Positions 51,980 to 64,000 of a stretch of DNA of 64,000 nt are shown here, one piece after another. Below the pieces are notes generated by a model. It did not search any database. It was given only the letters and a program-made list of their open reading frames with translations, and was not told the DNA's origin. The stretch comes from the human T2T-CHM13v2.0 reference genome, Homo sapiens. Location of the stretch: the NCBI RefSeq assembly GCF_009914755.1, contig NC_060928.1; one strand, 5' to 3'. A program made the position numbers and the translations under genes. Numbering within the stretch: position 1 is the first letter of the stretch; every line of letters starts with the position of its first letter.

Positions 51980-52669
51980 AAAAGATGTGTAGCCTGTGTT
52001 TTACCCAGACAAGCTCTCAATAAAACCATGAGCTGCTTTCAAATCCAAGTTGTCCTTTTCTCAGTCAGTTGGAAGAGGTAGGTTATTAATAATTCTAAAT
52101 TAAATCACGAGCTCAGATGCAGTGAAAACTGGTGTTGAAAATAGATACATTTTCTCAAACAACGGGACTCAAGATAATCACCTTAACATATCTTCTCCAT
52201 GTTCAAGTGGCTCTATGAAATGTTTTATTCACCAGTAGACTTGATTGAAGATCCATCTCCTCATTTATATCAGAGATTATTGTGGGAAGGAGATTTGTTG
52301 CATAGGTGTGTTTGAGAGGTCCTCAGAAGGCACAAAAATGTGGAACAGTCATAAATCCAAGGAAACTGTAGATGTCTCCATTGATAGAGGAAAAAATGCC
52401 AGATGGTTGTGGGGAACAACACAGGCCACAGAGATCTTTGAAAGAGAATGGAACCAGGATGGGAGAAGCTTGGGTCTTGTTAGGAAAATAAAAAGTCAAG
52501 TAGGAAATAATTGCATCAGTGGAACTTCATAACTTTAAATGAACTTACAATGTTATTATCACTCCATAAGGACCAGCAAACTCTCCTCACAGCTGCTATC
52601 AATATCTCCTACACTCTGATCTTAATCATGTTTTTCTGGATCATTCCTTAATTGACTCCTGATTTGTTT

Positions 52670-53215
52670 ACTAGACATTTATTGAAAGCTTACCATGTGC
52701 CAGGAACCATCCTAAGCTCTTGAGATACAATCATGAGCACAATTAAACACAATCCTACCCAAAGAGAGCTCAGAGTTTGTTAGGAGACAAAGGCTACATA
52801 GCTCAAACAACCAGTCAATCACATGGTAAAAACCAAAGCTGTGAAATGTGACATGACTGAAAAGGAAATGGTATTCTGAGAGCATACAACAGGGTTTTGG
52901 CAGATCAGGGAAGGCTTCCCAGGAGCAATAAGCCTTGAACTTAAAAATGAAGGAAGAATGGATGTTAAGTGGGTGAAAATGGGGGCAGGGAGCAGGTGGC
53001 CTTATGTGCTAAAGGAACAGGATGTGCAAATGCTCTGTGGCAGGGGAGATTGCATGGAGTACAAGGAACTAAAAGAAGGCCAAGTTCACTAAAGTCAAGA
53101 GAGGAACAGGGAATGATGTGTGAGATCTGTAGGGACCAGACTGTTCAGGGCCCTGTGAGTCTTGTTAAGGAATTTTTACTTTATTCTGAGAGTAATGGGA
53201 AGAATTTGAGGGGTG
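52670..53215 (-). mobile_element. L2 remnant
   Basis: ACATTTATTGA..CTTACCATGTGCCAGG...TCAGGGAAGGCTTCCC...GTTAAGGAATTTTTACTTTATTCTGAG. Confidence 0.75.
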
Positions 53216-56200
53216 ATATTGTATTATACCTCCACTATATGATTTTACCAGTATTCCAGCTGCCACCCCACGCACTTAATGCAATGTAAAATTGAACTAA
53301 ATGTGGGAAACATAGTAGAAAAGCAACCAGGGAGATCTGAACAAATTGCAATTGGAGATCCACAATTGAGATTCCTGTAGGCAATGAGAAAGCATGGGAA
53401 TGAACCTGAAACCCAAGGCAAAACTGTGGGTCAAAACAACCTGGATGTTATCCCTGAATAAAATTCATAGTGTTCCCATAAATTGCACCTCCAGACTTCC
53501 CTCCTCCCTGTCCTTCAGCCATTTGAGGATTTCCTAATGTTCTGGCCCTTCGAATGTCCATCACAATTGCAAAGGTAAAATGAATGGTAATAAGAAATTG
53601 ATTTAAGGTCTGCCCTAGGGTAAAATAATGATTCATTGACGTTTGCAGCATTTTATTGTAAGTGTGGTGGAAATGATTATTATCTTTAATGGTTAACTGA
53701 GTAATTGATTATTGATAAATGAGTACTCTATTCAAGCCAGGATCCATCTTACATCACCTGGAAAAGGATGATGTTCCTACTCTTTTAATGACCATTAAGT
53801 GGTAAATAAGGAAGTGGAAATGTTTCATAACTTACATATTAAGTATCTTTGGTCATTTAACCACCTCTACAATGAGAGCAATAAGGGAGCTGGGGGTAGG
53901 TAACCGACATAAGGAAAGATCAATGACTGTTTTTCAGAGTTTTATTGAAAGTGCATTATGGATTGTCTTGCTTTTAACATTATTACTTCATTGAATAACG
54001 ATATATGAGTAGACTAAGGGGAAAAATTAGAATCTAGCTATGCAAGGCTATCTGTGTGATAGGATGGGAATTACATAGTAAAATGGCCTCCAGAGAAAAC
54101 TTCAATCTCACCCATTCCCTCTACACAGTGCAAATAGATTGGAAGTTGGGAAAACAAAATGAATGAAGTTTGTCTTTGTGCCCCACTTATCTCCTTTTTG
54201 TTGCACCCCTGTCTACCTTCTGATGTCCCTTCATAGTTACCCACTGGACCCCTGTGCTGCTGTCCTGCTACCCAAAGTCCACTCCCACTCACAACTGCTG
54301 CATGTCACTGAGATGCATAATTCACATAAATTTTCCCAAGTGCCATAAAGATCTCTCCTGCAATCACAATCCCCTTTCACACATCCCATTTCTTCAGTAT
54401 TTTGATCTCAGTCAAGCCTTAGAAAGAAAGCAACCTAATTTAACCAATTTATACTATGTCCCATTAACCTGCTTTGAGGTGAATTCATTTTAGTAAAGAA
54501 TGCCAATTATATATTTAATACATTTCTAATGAGGGGACTTTCAAGAGGCTTAACAAAGTGACATGCAGTTTTATGGAACTCTGTGTTGAGGCGGGTGACA
54601 CCTTTGCCAAGGATGGCTGTCAGAGGCAGGGTAAACTGTTAGGAAGAGCACAGACTCTACAACAGAATTGAGTTCAAATCCTGGCTTTCCTCCTATTAGC
54701 TGGGGTACCCTCTGAGACTCAAATTCATCTGTAAAGTGAATGCTACTGTCTCATGAGATTAGAGTAAGGATTAGATAAAAATAATATATGCCTGGTGCCT
54801 AGCACAGCAGCTGGCACATAGTAAAAACAATCCAATTGTCATTATTATATTTATAGGGGCAAGTGAGTGGTTAAGGCATTCTAACCAAGGACCAATGGGA
54901 ACCACTGATAATCATCTGTTTTGTTTTGTTTTTTTTCAAGGAAGAAATGAGTGAGCTGATCAAGACCTTAGGAAGAAAGGAAAGAGGTGGGCATCTGAGC
55001 ATCATGGTCCACAGAATAATGATCCCTGACTCCAAGTTTAATTTGAAACTTATTTTGAGAACCATAAACTTCTAAAAGGCACTCTGCTTGCTTTGGCCTT
55101 AGCTTCAAAAGCAAAGCTTTAATACTAGCCTATTAACATCTTCAATATAATTTGAGAGGTCATTCATGTCTTCTCATGGATATTTATGTCTACCATAGAA
55201 TGATTTTAGGTGAAGTAGCATAGTTTCACTTTTCATAGGTCATGATGATTACAATCACCAAGACAGCAGTTTCTTTTAAATATTTTCTCTTACAGTCGTA
55301 TTCTGTATATTTCTGCCTATCACTGTCTTCTAATACTTTTAAAGATTGACAATATTTCCTAACCATGTACCTAGGCCCTGGAAAGTTAAAAATTTTACCT
55401 CCTTCTGTCGTTTCTTTCCCCGGATCCAAAACAGAGTACCAGTGGTTGTAGCTTTGGTCTATTCTTCACCCTAAGTCCTCCCTTCAATCACTCCTGAGGC
55501 CATGGCAAATATATAAAAATAGTTTGATTGGGTTTGGAAAATATCAATCTAGTGTATCTTCTCTTAAATCATTTCTGGAAGAAAATTATTTATAACTTAA
55601 TGTTTCAAATATACCATCTCTTTTTAAAGTGAGAGGAGGCAGAATCTAGCCATAAATTCATTACTTGTAACCCTTGACCCCAGAGCTTCAAGCCAGCCAT
55701 ATATCATACAGCAGAGAGTCAAAGTTCAGAGTCCCTGTAAATCATACAAAGCAGTTACTCCTCTAATAGTCTATTGAAAAGAGCCACCAATCTACTTTAA
55801 ATGAAAAAGAAAGAAGTCCTTACTTACCACAGCCCCCTGGCCATGCAGACTACTGCACTGAAGGCATAGGGAGAGGCAGTGGGAGAAATATGGAGTTAGT
55901 GAGAATGTTGTCAGTTGCAGGGAGAATGGATAAGGGCATTGCATTAAGGTAATTGTATAATATTGCATTTCCTCCATAGTATTTACTCAAGGCAGTGGTA
56001 TTCCAATTATGTCCCATCTAGCCTAAGGATTCTGTAGAGTGCCTAGCACAAGGTCCAGGAAAAGGCTAAGCAGGTGTAGTGAGGGATATCGTACAACCAG
56101 GACAGTTCTACATATATCACTGGGCATCCATCTATATATGTATATATATGAACATACTGGAAAAAATAATAAGAGTTCTAGTTCTAAAAAATTTTTGAAA

Positions 56201-56589
56201 CTCATTGACACAAGGTTCTGGAGGATTATTTATATGCCTCAGTAGCCAAAAGATAAAGAGAGAGAAAATACATAATGGTCTTTGAGGCATCTTTAAAAAT
56301 TACTGTTCTTTGGCCCCTGTCAAACTGGAAATGATAAACATCATGTAAGAATAGCTGACATGTATCAAGTGCATATCATGATCCCTGTACTTCGTTAAGG
56401 GTTTTGCATTGATACATCTCATCATATCACAAAGAGACAGGTTACATGACAAACCCCATTTTCAAGTAGGAAAACAGAGGCTCAGGTGACTAAAATGTAT
56501 CCAAAGTTGCACAGCTAGAATAAGACAGAAGTTTGTCTTATTCACATATCAATTCAATGAAGGTGTTTGGTAAATGGTCTGCCACTAGT

Positions 56590-56895
56590 TAATTCATGAA
56601 CACAGGTTTTTTTTTTAATCCTGCAGCTCTTTTCCCAGAGCTTCAGAGGCCTTGACTGTATTTCTCCATCTGATAATAAGGTTCTGGACAGCAGAAAGAT
56701 AGGAGATAGTAGAGGATTGCATAGGAGGTTTTTAAGTGCTAGACCTGGAGTGGGATGCATCATTGCTGTCCACGTTTCATTGGCCAGAACTCAGTCATGT
56801 GGATGTGTCCAACTCTAAAAATATTTGGGAAATGTATTCTAGCTTTGTGCCCAGGAGGAAAGGGAAAATAGTTACTTGCCAGTCTCTACTGCAAT
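56590..56895 (-). mobile_element. MLT1J-like LTR fragment
   Basis: TTCATTGGCCAGAACTCAGTCATGTGG..GGGAAATGTATTCTAGCTTTGTGCCCAGGAGGAAAGGG. Confidence 0.65.
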
Positions 56896-58117
56896 AGAGG
56901 ATTCAAACTCAAGGAACTTTAAATCCTCCAGAGGCCACCACACTACAGAATTAGCTTGTCTTCAGAAATAAAAGAATCATTAAGAACTGTCATCTCTAGG
57001 GGTCACCATTGCAAATTCTGAAGAATCCCTAAGAACATGGCAGATGTAGATTCATTCATTTATTCATGCAACATTTACTGAACATCTACTATAAGCCGGG
57101 CAGTTATTCATTCATTCATTTATTCAACATTTATTAAGCTCTCACTGTGTGCCAGGCCTATAATGGGGGCTGCAGCAATAAACAAGACAGAAACAGTCCC
57201 TGCCAACATGGAACTCACATCTCACAAACTGGAATTGTATTTCTCACATAAGACATTTTACTACTGTCTACAAAGTCATGTACCACTTTGTGTTTTATGC
57301 TCTTTCAGCTTCTGTTGTTTAGCTTGAATATATATATGGAAATGTAGGAAAACACACATTTTCTATACTGAGTTCCTTTCAAAAGGAAAAGCTCTTACAG
57401 TGTTTGTCTTTGTGTCTTCAGTACCTAACATAGTATATGGCATATGCACAAATTCTCATGTCATGGAAAAAGTACTAGACTAGGAATCACACAGTTTTTA
57501 TTTTGTTCTTATTATGCCATTCAGTTCTTATACAATTTAAGCATGTTTCCTCGCTGCAAACTAAAACATTCAGAATAAAACAATTTTGCAGATATTTCCA
57601 TCTTTAAAACATAAACTTAACATTTTGAATGCGATTAGTCTAGTAGAAACATTGAATCAGGGGTCAGCAGATGTGGACCATAGCCTTAGTTCTCCAGTTT
57701 CTTGAGGAAATCACCAAAAATCTTTATTTTTTAAAAAATTTTTTTCACCCCAAAATCTTTAATCCTCAGTCTATTCACTGGCAAACAAAAAAAAATGAGA
57801 ATTAAAAGTATCCCTTCAATATCTAATATTCTATTAGTATTTATGATACTAATATTGGGTACCAAAAGATCAGATGCCTGCCATAGAGTTTAATTTCCTA
57901 CAGCCAAATCCTAAACAAGGACCCCTGAAGATCTGAGAGAGGCAGAACACCTTCTGTGTGTAACAGGAGTAATTTTCTCTTTCTACCTGGTCATTTTTAA
58001 TATTTTTTATTTTCTCCAAAATTCAAAGCCGTTTTTGCTTTAACTAGGTGGGTTGGTATTGAATAACTTTGTATTTCAACACAGTTTACTCTGCTAATTC
58101 ACTACTTACTAGTGTAT

Positions 58118-58307
58118 TAAACACTGGGGTCTACTTGAGGACAGAGGGTGGGAAAAGGGAGAGGATCAGAAAGCATAACTATTGTGTACTAGGCTTAGTA
58201 CCTGGGTGATGAAATAATCTGTACAACAAACCCCCATGACATGAGTTTACCTATGTAACAATCCTGCACATGTAACCCTGAGCCTATAATAAAAGTTTTT
58301 AAAAAAA
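58118..58307 (+). mobile_element. L1PA13-16 3' fragment
   Basis: ACACTGGGGTCTACTTGAGG..GTACTAGGCTTAGTACCTGGGTGATGAAATAATCTGTACAACAAACCCC. Confidence 0.9.
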
Positions 58308-59443
58308 AGTTGTATTACTCTGGATTCTCGTCTTTCCTTCCCCCAAATTAGAAACTGTGTCAGAGCAAGGTGACTCATAACAGCCTAAACAATGGGGCTG
58401 TCTCTCCCTGTCTTTAAAAATATATATATATTGACAGCAGTTTATAAACTGCATACTCTCACAATGCAGGGAGAAGGGAGACTGTTTCTCAAAATATTTC
58501 CATTCATCATTATATTTATTTAAGATCTTAATCAAAATGATAAGAAATATGGTCTTCATCACAAGGGAAAAAATTTACTATCTCTGGAAGTCAAGAGGTT
58601 ATGAGCTATTAAGATTCATAAAATGTTTAGTTCTGTACTGAAAATTAACCAAAACAGTTGTTAGTGAGACTAGTTCTATTTGTAATGTTGTTTAATGAAA
58701 TAATATTTGTAGTGCATATGAGGGCCTTGAAAGAAATGTTTTAGTTGACATAAGATATGACTGTGGTTAGTATACCAATACAGAGGAGATGTAAACATTT
58801 GTCTGAAAATGTCCACAATTAGGACAACAAAAATAATAAAACTAGGGTTCAGTGTTTCTAATCCTGTGTAGAGAGGATTCCTTTTTAAAATACAATTAAG
58901 CCTAAGTCAGAGTTAGACTGCTTGCAAATTCTATCCATTGGCATCGCTAGAACATGGATTTTGATTTGGGTTGGGGAAGGGGGCTAGAAACATTCTTCAG
59001 TAAAGAATGAAGAATTAAAAGTCTCAGAGTCAAAGGTTTGTGATACCTTCATTCATTAGTTAAAAACAAATTTCTTGGAAATGAGAGACTGCAATTCAAG
59101 CATTATTTGTTCCCATCCTAATATTCTCCAGGTCCACTTTGCTGGCTGCCTGGGAGCCTGAATGATGCTAATATTCTGTGTCCAGCAATGGCTGCATTGG
59201 CCCCGAGGTCCTGAGAGAAATGGGTAAGTCAATAGTAGTATGCACACTCCACATGTGTATTTTTTTCTGTAAGTACATAAATCCTGCAGAAACCAGTACC
59301 TGCTCTTGTGCCTTCAAAACCACACTGAACAGAGCCTTATTCTATAAAACCTGATAGGAAGACTTGGATAATTCATTTCTAAATCAGTGGTTTCCAAAGT
59401 ATGAGAATACGAAATGATCAACTAGGCTATAGAAGGAAGATGC

Positions 59444-59680
59444 TTAAGTGGGAGCTAAATATTGAGTTCACATGGACACAACGAAGGGAACAACAGAAAC
59501 TGGGGCTTGCTTGAGGGTGGCAGGCGGGATGAGGGAAAGAATCAAAAAACTCTCTGTCAGGTACAGTGTTTATTATCTGGGTGATGAAATTATCTGCACA
59601 CCAAATCTCCATGACATGCAATTTACCTATATAATAAACCTGCATGTGTACCTGTGAACCCAAAATATATTTTAAAAAAG
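59444..59680 (+). mobile_element. L1PA15-17 3' fragment
   Basis: TAAGTGGGAGCTAAAT..CACATGGACAC..CTGGGTGATGAAATTATCTGCACACCAAA..ATAAACCTGCATGTGTACC. Confidence 0.88.
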
Positions 59681-59760
59681 GACGAAAATAAACTTCATCC
59701 CCTCCAAAAACTAAGAAAAATTGAGTTTTACTAGTATCTCACATGTGGATGGCAACTAGA

Positions 59761-59854
59761 ACATATATATATATGTGTGTGTATATATATATGTATATAT
59801 ACACACACATATGTATATATCTAATATAATGATATAGATATATCTATATCTATA
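59761..59854. repeat. Compound (TA)/(TG)/(CA)/(TAGA) microsatellite
   Basis: Alternating purine-pyrimidine tract, read directly. Confidence 0.9.
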
Positions 59855-59884
59855 GCATTAAAAATTATGCATGTATTGGAGGGA

Positions 59885-60270
59885 TATCAGTCAGGTTGTC
59901 AGCAACAAAAAGAAGGTATCCTCAGATTGAATAAACCAAGGCAAGTTTCATATAGGAACAATTGACAAAAGTTTGGAGCACCGAAATATAGTAAAAGCAA
60001 CAAGAGACAGGGCATACAGGACAAGTAATGGCAGGGAGGGGCATAAGGAGGGAGTGGACACCCAAACCAAAGACAGAGTTACAGAGAGGGCCATCTAACA
60101 GGACTTGTGGCCTTTGGTAAGGGACCCAGATAAGCCAGGGAAAAAAGTACCCTGGCCTCACTCTCTCCTATCCTCCAGGTTTCCTGCCAAACCCAATTGG
60201 AATTCAGAGGACATAAGAGCCCACTGATGCAGTCCATATGGGTCAGCCTCCACATGTAGCATACAGTGGT
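59885..60270. mobile_element. Ancient LTR remnant (family uncertain)
   Basis: GCCAAACCCAATTGGAATTCAGAGGACATAAGAGCCCACTGATGCAGTCCATATGGGTCAGCCTCC resembles old mammalian LTR consensus text. Confidence 0.5.
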
Positions 60271-60837
60271 ACACAGAGCTATCCATCAAAGATGTGCCCC
60301 CCCCCCCCAGTTATTTTTCCTAATAGAGTTACTCCTTATTATAATTTTACAATGTTAAGATACCACTGTTCTAAATAACTTCACAAGATATTATGACTGT
60401 ACTAGCAAAAAGCTAAGTTCAGAAGGCTTAGACTGCCTAGATGTAGACTCAGTGGCCTAATCCAATTAGACCTTTGCTAATGGGAAAAGTCTGTTCTCCA
60501 TACAAAAAGGGAGAGTGTACCACTTGGGTCATACGTTTGCTGTTTCTGCTTTGAATTATCAGGCTAATGTTCACTCATTGGATTTTATTTATTCATTCAC
60601 TCATTCATTTTTTTATTCATTATGTCAGGCTATGTATAAGTGCTGAGAATAAAAAGATAAATTATATATAATCTCTGGCCTCAAGATTCAATAATTTGTG
60701 AAAGGAGACAGATATATAATCAATATGTACAGTTGTATTGTAATTATGCTGAGAGATTAGAGCTGGCTACAACGGGTTTACAAAGAAAAAATGGTCAGTT
60801 GTACTGGAGATTGAGAGATGGTCAAGAATCATTTTAT

Positions 60838-60985
60838 GTAAACAAAATAAATAAGTTCTAGAGATCTGCTATACAACATTGTACCTATAGTCAACAATAC
60901 TGTATTGTACATTTAGAATTTTAAGATAATATATCTCATGCTATAGTCTTACCACAATAAAACAAAATTAATAATAATAAAAAGA
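60838..60985 (+). mobile_element. L1MA/MB 3' fragment nested in an L2 remnant
   Basis: AATAAGTTCTAGAGATCTGCTATACAACATTGTACCTATAGTCAACAATACTGTATTGTAC. Confidence 0.8.
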
Positions 60986-63295
60986 ATTGTTTCATGTAGG
61001 CATTGGTTTGGGAACACTGAAGGAGAAGACAGACAAAATATTCTAGGCAAAAAGAATGTATATAGCAAAATGACTTGATAAATTTGGGGAACTAGAAATA
61101 TTTTGGCACAGTAAAAATGGGGGAAAGAACATAATCAAATTGAAAAGTCAACCAGGCCAAGATTGTAGAAAAGCCTTATTAACTAACCTAAAAGTAGAAC
61201 CTTTTATCTATACTTCTGTATTGGATCCTTAGTTTGGGTAACTCTAACTCATTTTACTTGAATCAGGTACTTCAGCTGGAAAATAAGAACTACAAATCAT
61301 ATGCCATCACATAGAATCAATGGAAAAACTCATTCTGAACCACAGTATTAACAGCTATCCCTATTTTAAGGTGAAGGAACCAACATTAAACCGCAATTTT
61401 TCCTAAGGTCAGTTTTGGATGCTGTGGAATGGCATGTTTTTTCAAGGATTTCTAGGCTATTTCAGGTAACCATGTGGCTAAAATAATCTGGTTTTATCAT
61501 TAGAATTAAAATTAATATATCGACTAGCCATGCCACAGATTATCAAATAGAGCCTAATTATGACATGGCATCAAAGATCTCTTTCCTTCTTATATGTTTC
61601 CTAGTTACTGAAATGCACTCCTACCAAAAAGCTCTCAGTCCCACCACAAAAAGAGCAGAGCCTGAACATTTTCATGGACATCCGTTATTTTCATAGTAGT
61701 ATAGTCCTGATGATTCAACAATTCCCCAGTTAGTTGACCTATACAGGTATGGGAACACTGGCTTTAGCAAGTTCTATTTCTGAAAACACCATAGGCTAAT
61801 TAATTTGCCTTATATGTACTAACCCTGATTTTCATCCTGCCCCAATCAAAAAAATATCTATTAATTGCATAGAGCAGTTTAGAGAGTGCACTGGCTATTT
61901 GACAACTCAAATGCATAAAGAAATTCAATAAGGATGGTTTGCAAGGAACAATGGAGTGAAGAATAAATTCTGAGAGCACTGCAAGTCAAAGTTGACCTCT
62001 TAAAGGAGTACATCAAATGAATGAACAATAAATTTTCCATAAGGCAAACCAAAGCATATTTTATAAAGCAAGAATTGTCTCTGCTGAATACTCAACAAGG
62101 CCCCTAATGGGCCCAATTCTTCGCCAATATAACTCTCACAGACGGGATTTGCTCTTTCTGCAACACATTCACTGGCACTAATATTTCATTAGGCTATTCC
62201 CGATCAATATTCCTGCCATGACTGTCTAAAGGCACCACTGAGAAGGAAGTATCTGGAAGACTTTTCAGCAGTTGGATCCTTCTAAGGACAAAGTGAGGTG
62301 TTATATTGCCACTTAAGAATTCAAAGGTAAATAAAGGAAGATACCTTTCTACCTCTAGTTACTCTCTTTGAGACAAACCAGAGGAGCTTGTCATTATAGA
62401 CAAAATTCTTAACCACAAATCTCTGAGGGGTTTTCATAATGTTATATTCTAACCCTTTCAAGCTAGAGTTGCTTCTAAAGGTCAGAATAATTACATCCAG
62501 TCCCCAGCCCAAGTATCAGTGGTTATAGTTGCTAGACCACCCTGAGCCAACAGGAATACAGTGGGAGGCATGGCAAATAGGTAAGGAACAGCTTCTGTCA
62601 GTGAAATCAAATCTGTCTTCTCAAGAAACAAGGAAGAGCCAGGAAGAGCTGGTGTCATACTAGGCCTCCTAAAATTGTTACTGCCTTCTCTCAACCTCAT
62701 CCAGGCTCCATCACAAAGAGAGTTGCATGTAAGATTAGACGCTCAGAGTCTCTCCATTGCCTTTTGATTCTTCATTCTCAGCTTATTTTTGGTTGTAATC
62801 TATGAAATCAGTGAAACTGAAGAAGTTGCAGATGAATTGCTTGTGAACTGATTTATGATCTTTATTGCACCAGAGAAGTAATTGTATGCATACAACTTCC
62901 TTTTACAATTACCTCCACATGATTTCAAAGCAATTCACTGCCTATGGGAGGAGGCCATCAATAAGTGACACTTGCATATTCATTCATTTCAATATGAGAG
63001 TTTTTAAAGGCTCAGGGGAATAGTTCAGTGCTATTGAAAATTACTTTTCTTCCATCAGGATTTTTCTAATTGTTTTTGTTTTTGTTTTTTTAGAGAGAAA
63101 AAAACATGATGCTATCAAAATCTGGTTTTATTTAACTTTATTTTTACTCTTATTTTATTTTTAAATAGATTATATTTAAGAGGGTTGAAATGAGAGGCTG
63201 CATTTATGAAATGCCAACTATAAGCCAAAAACTGTGCTAACCTGTGTATCTATGTTAATTCTTGTATTCCTGCCAATGCCATAATTACTTTGCCT

Positions 63296-63616
63296 TTATT
63301 TATTTATTTATTTCAATAGGTTTTTGGGGAACAAGTAGTGTTTGGTTACATGAATAAGTTCTTTTGTGGTGATTTCTGAGATTTAGGTTCAGCCATCACC
63401 CGAGCAGTGTACACTGTACCGAATGTGTAGTCTTTTATCCCTCACTCCCCTCCCACCCTTTCCCCTGAATCCTCAAAGTTCATTATATCATTCTTATGCC
63501 TTTGTGTCCTCATAGCTTAGCTTCCACTTATGAGTGAGAACATATGATGTTTGGTTTTCCATTCCTGAGTTACTTCACTTAGAATAATGGTCTTCAATTC
63601 CATTCAGGTTGCTGAA
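63296..63616 (-). mobile_element. L1PB1-type 3' end
   Basis: (TTTA)n tail followed by TTTCAATAGGTTTTTGGGGAACA..GGTGATTTCTGAGATTT..CACTTATGAGTGAGAACATATGATG. Confidence 0.9.
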
Positions 63617-64000
63617 AACATTTAACTAGTGAAGAAACTCAAAGAAGCATAAGTATTTGCCCAAGGTCAAGCAGCAAATAAATGACAGACAGGGCAGACA
63701 GGGTAGTGTCTGAACTCACATCTAACTACAAAATCCATCCTCTTTCCATGACTTCACCCTGCACTCAGCTTTTTGGGATACAATTCCATCTGTTTTATAT
63801 TTCTCAGATTGTGGAAAGGTTTTTCAACTTTGTTGAAATTACCTGAGACTGTTTACTATACCCCAAAAGTCTTGTGTAGCATATATTCTCTAAGCTATCT
63901 TTTTTTTTTCTTGTTATTTTTTTAAACATGACTTATATGGGGAAGCCCTAGTGCCCATCAGAATCTGGAAACCATGTATTCATGATCTTGCTTGACCCTA

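Noticed and set aside
45730-51981. ORFs with reverse-transcriptase or endonuclease-like fragments
   Set aside because: Broken pieces of a dead L1PB/L1PA, not an active or novel RT system.

Overview
Primate genomic DNA (Alu, THE1 and L1PA/L1PB elements), AT-rich and repeat-dense, consistent with a gene desert or a very large intron. I find no intact protein-coding gene. The dominant feature is a ~4.3-kb intronless processed pseudogene (retrocopy) of the zinc-finger oncogene PLAGL2 at ~29818-34149 (+). It has a GC-rich 5' head, the whole CDS, ~2.7 kb of 3'UTR, an ATTAAA signal, a residual A-tail and a 14-bp target-site duplication (TSD). It is disabled by a -1 frameshift, a +2 frameshift and a nonsense codon. 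The window also holds a full-length U6 snRNA retrocopy with a TSD, a two-LTR THE1 element nested in an ERVL/HERV16-like provirus remnant, a ~6.5-kb L1PB carrying two THE1 solo LTRs, Alus/FLAMs, Tigger4 and Charlie1 DNA transposons, L2/MIR/MLT remnants and several repeat-poor, enhancer-like islands. Repeat subfamily names come from recalled consensus sequences, not from a RepeatMasker run. I see no evidence for a new biological system; the best lead is the young, near-full-length PLAGL2 retrocopy.
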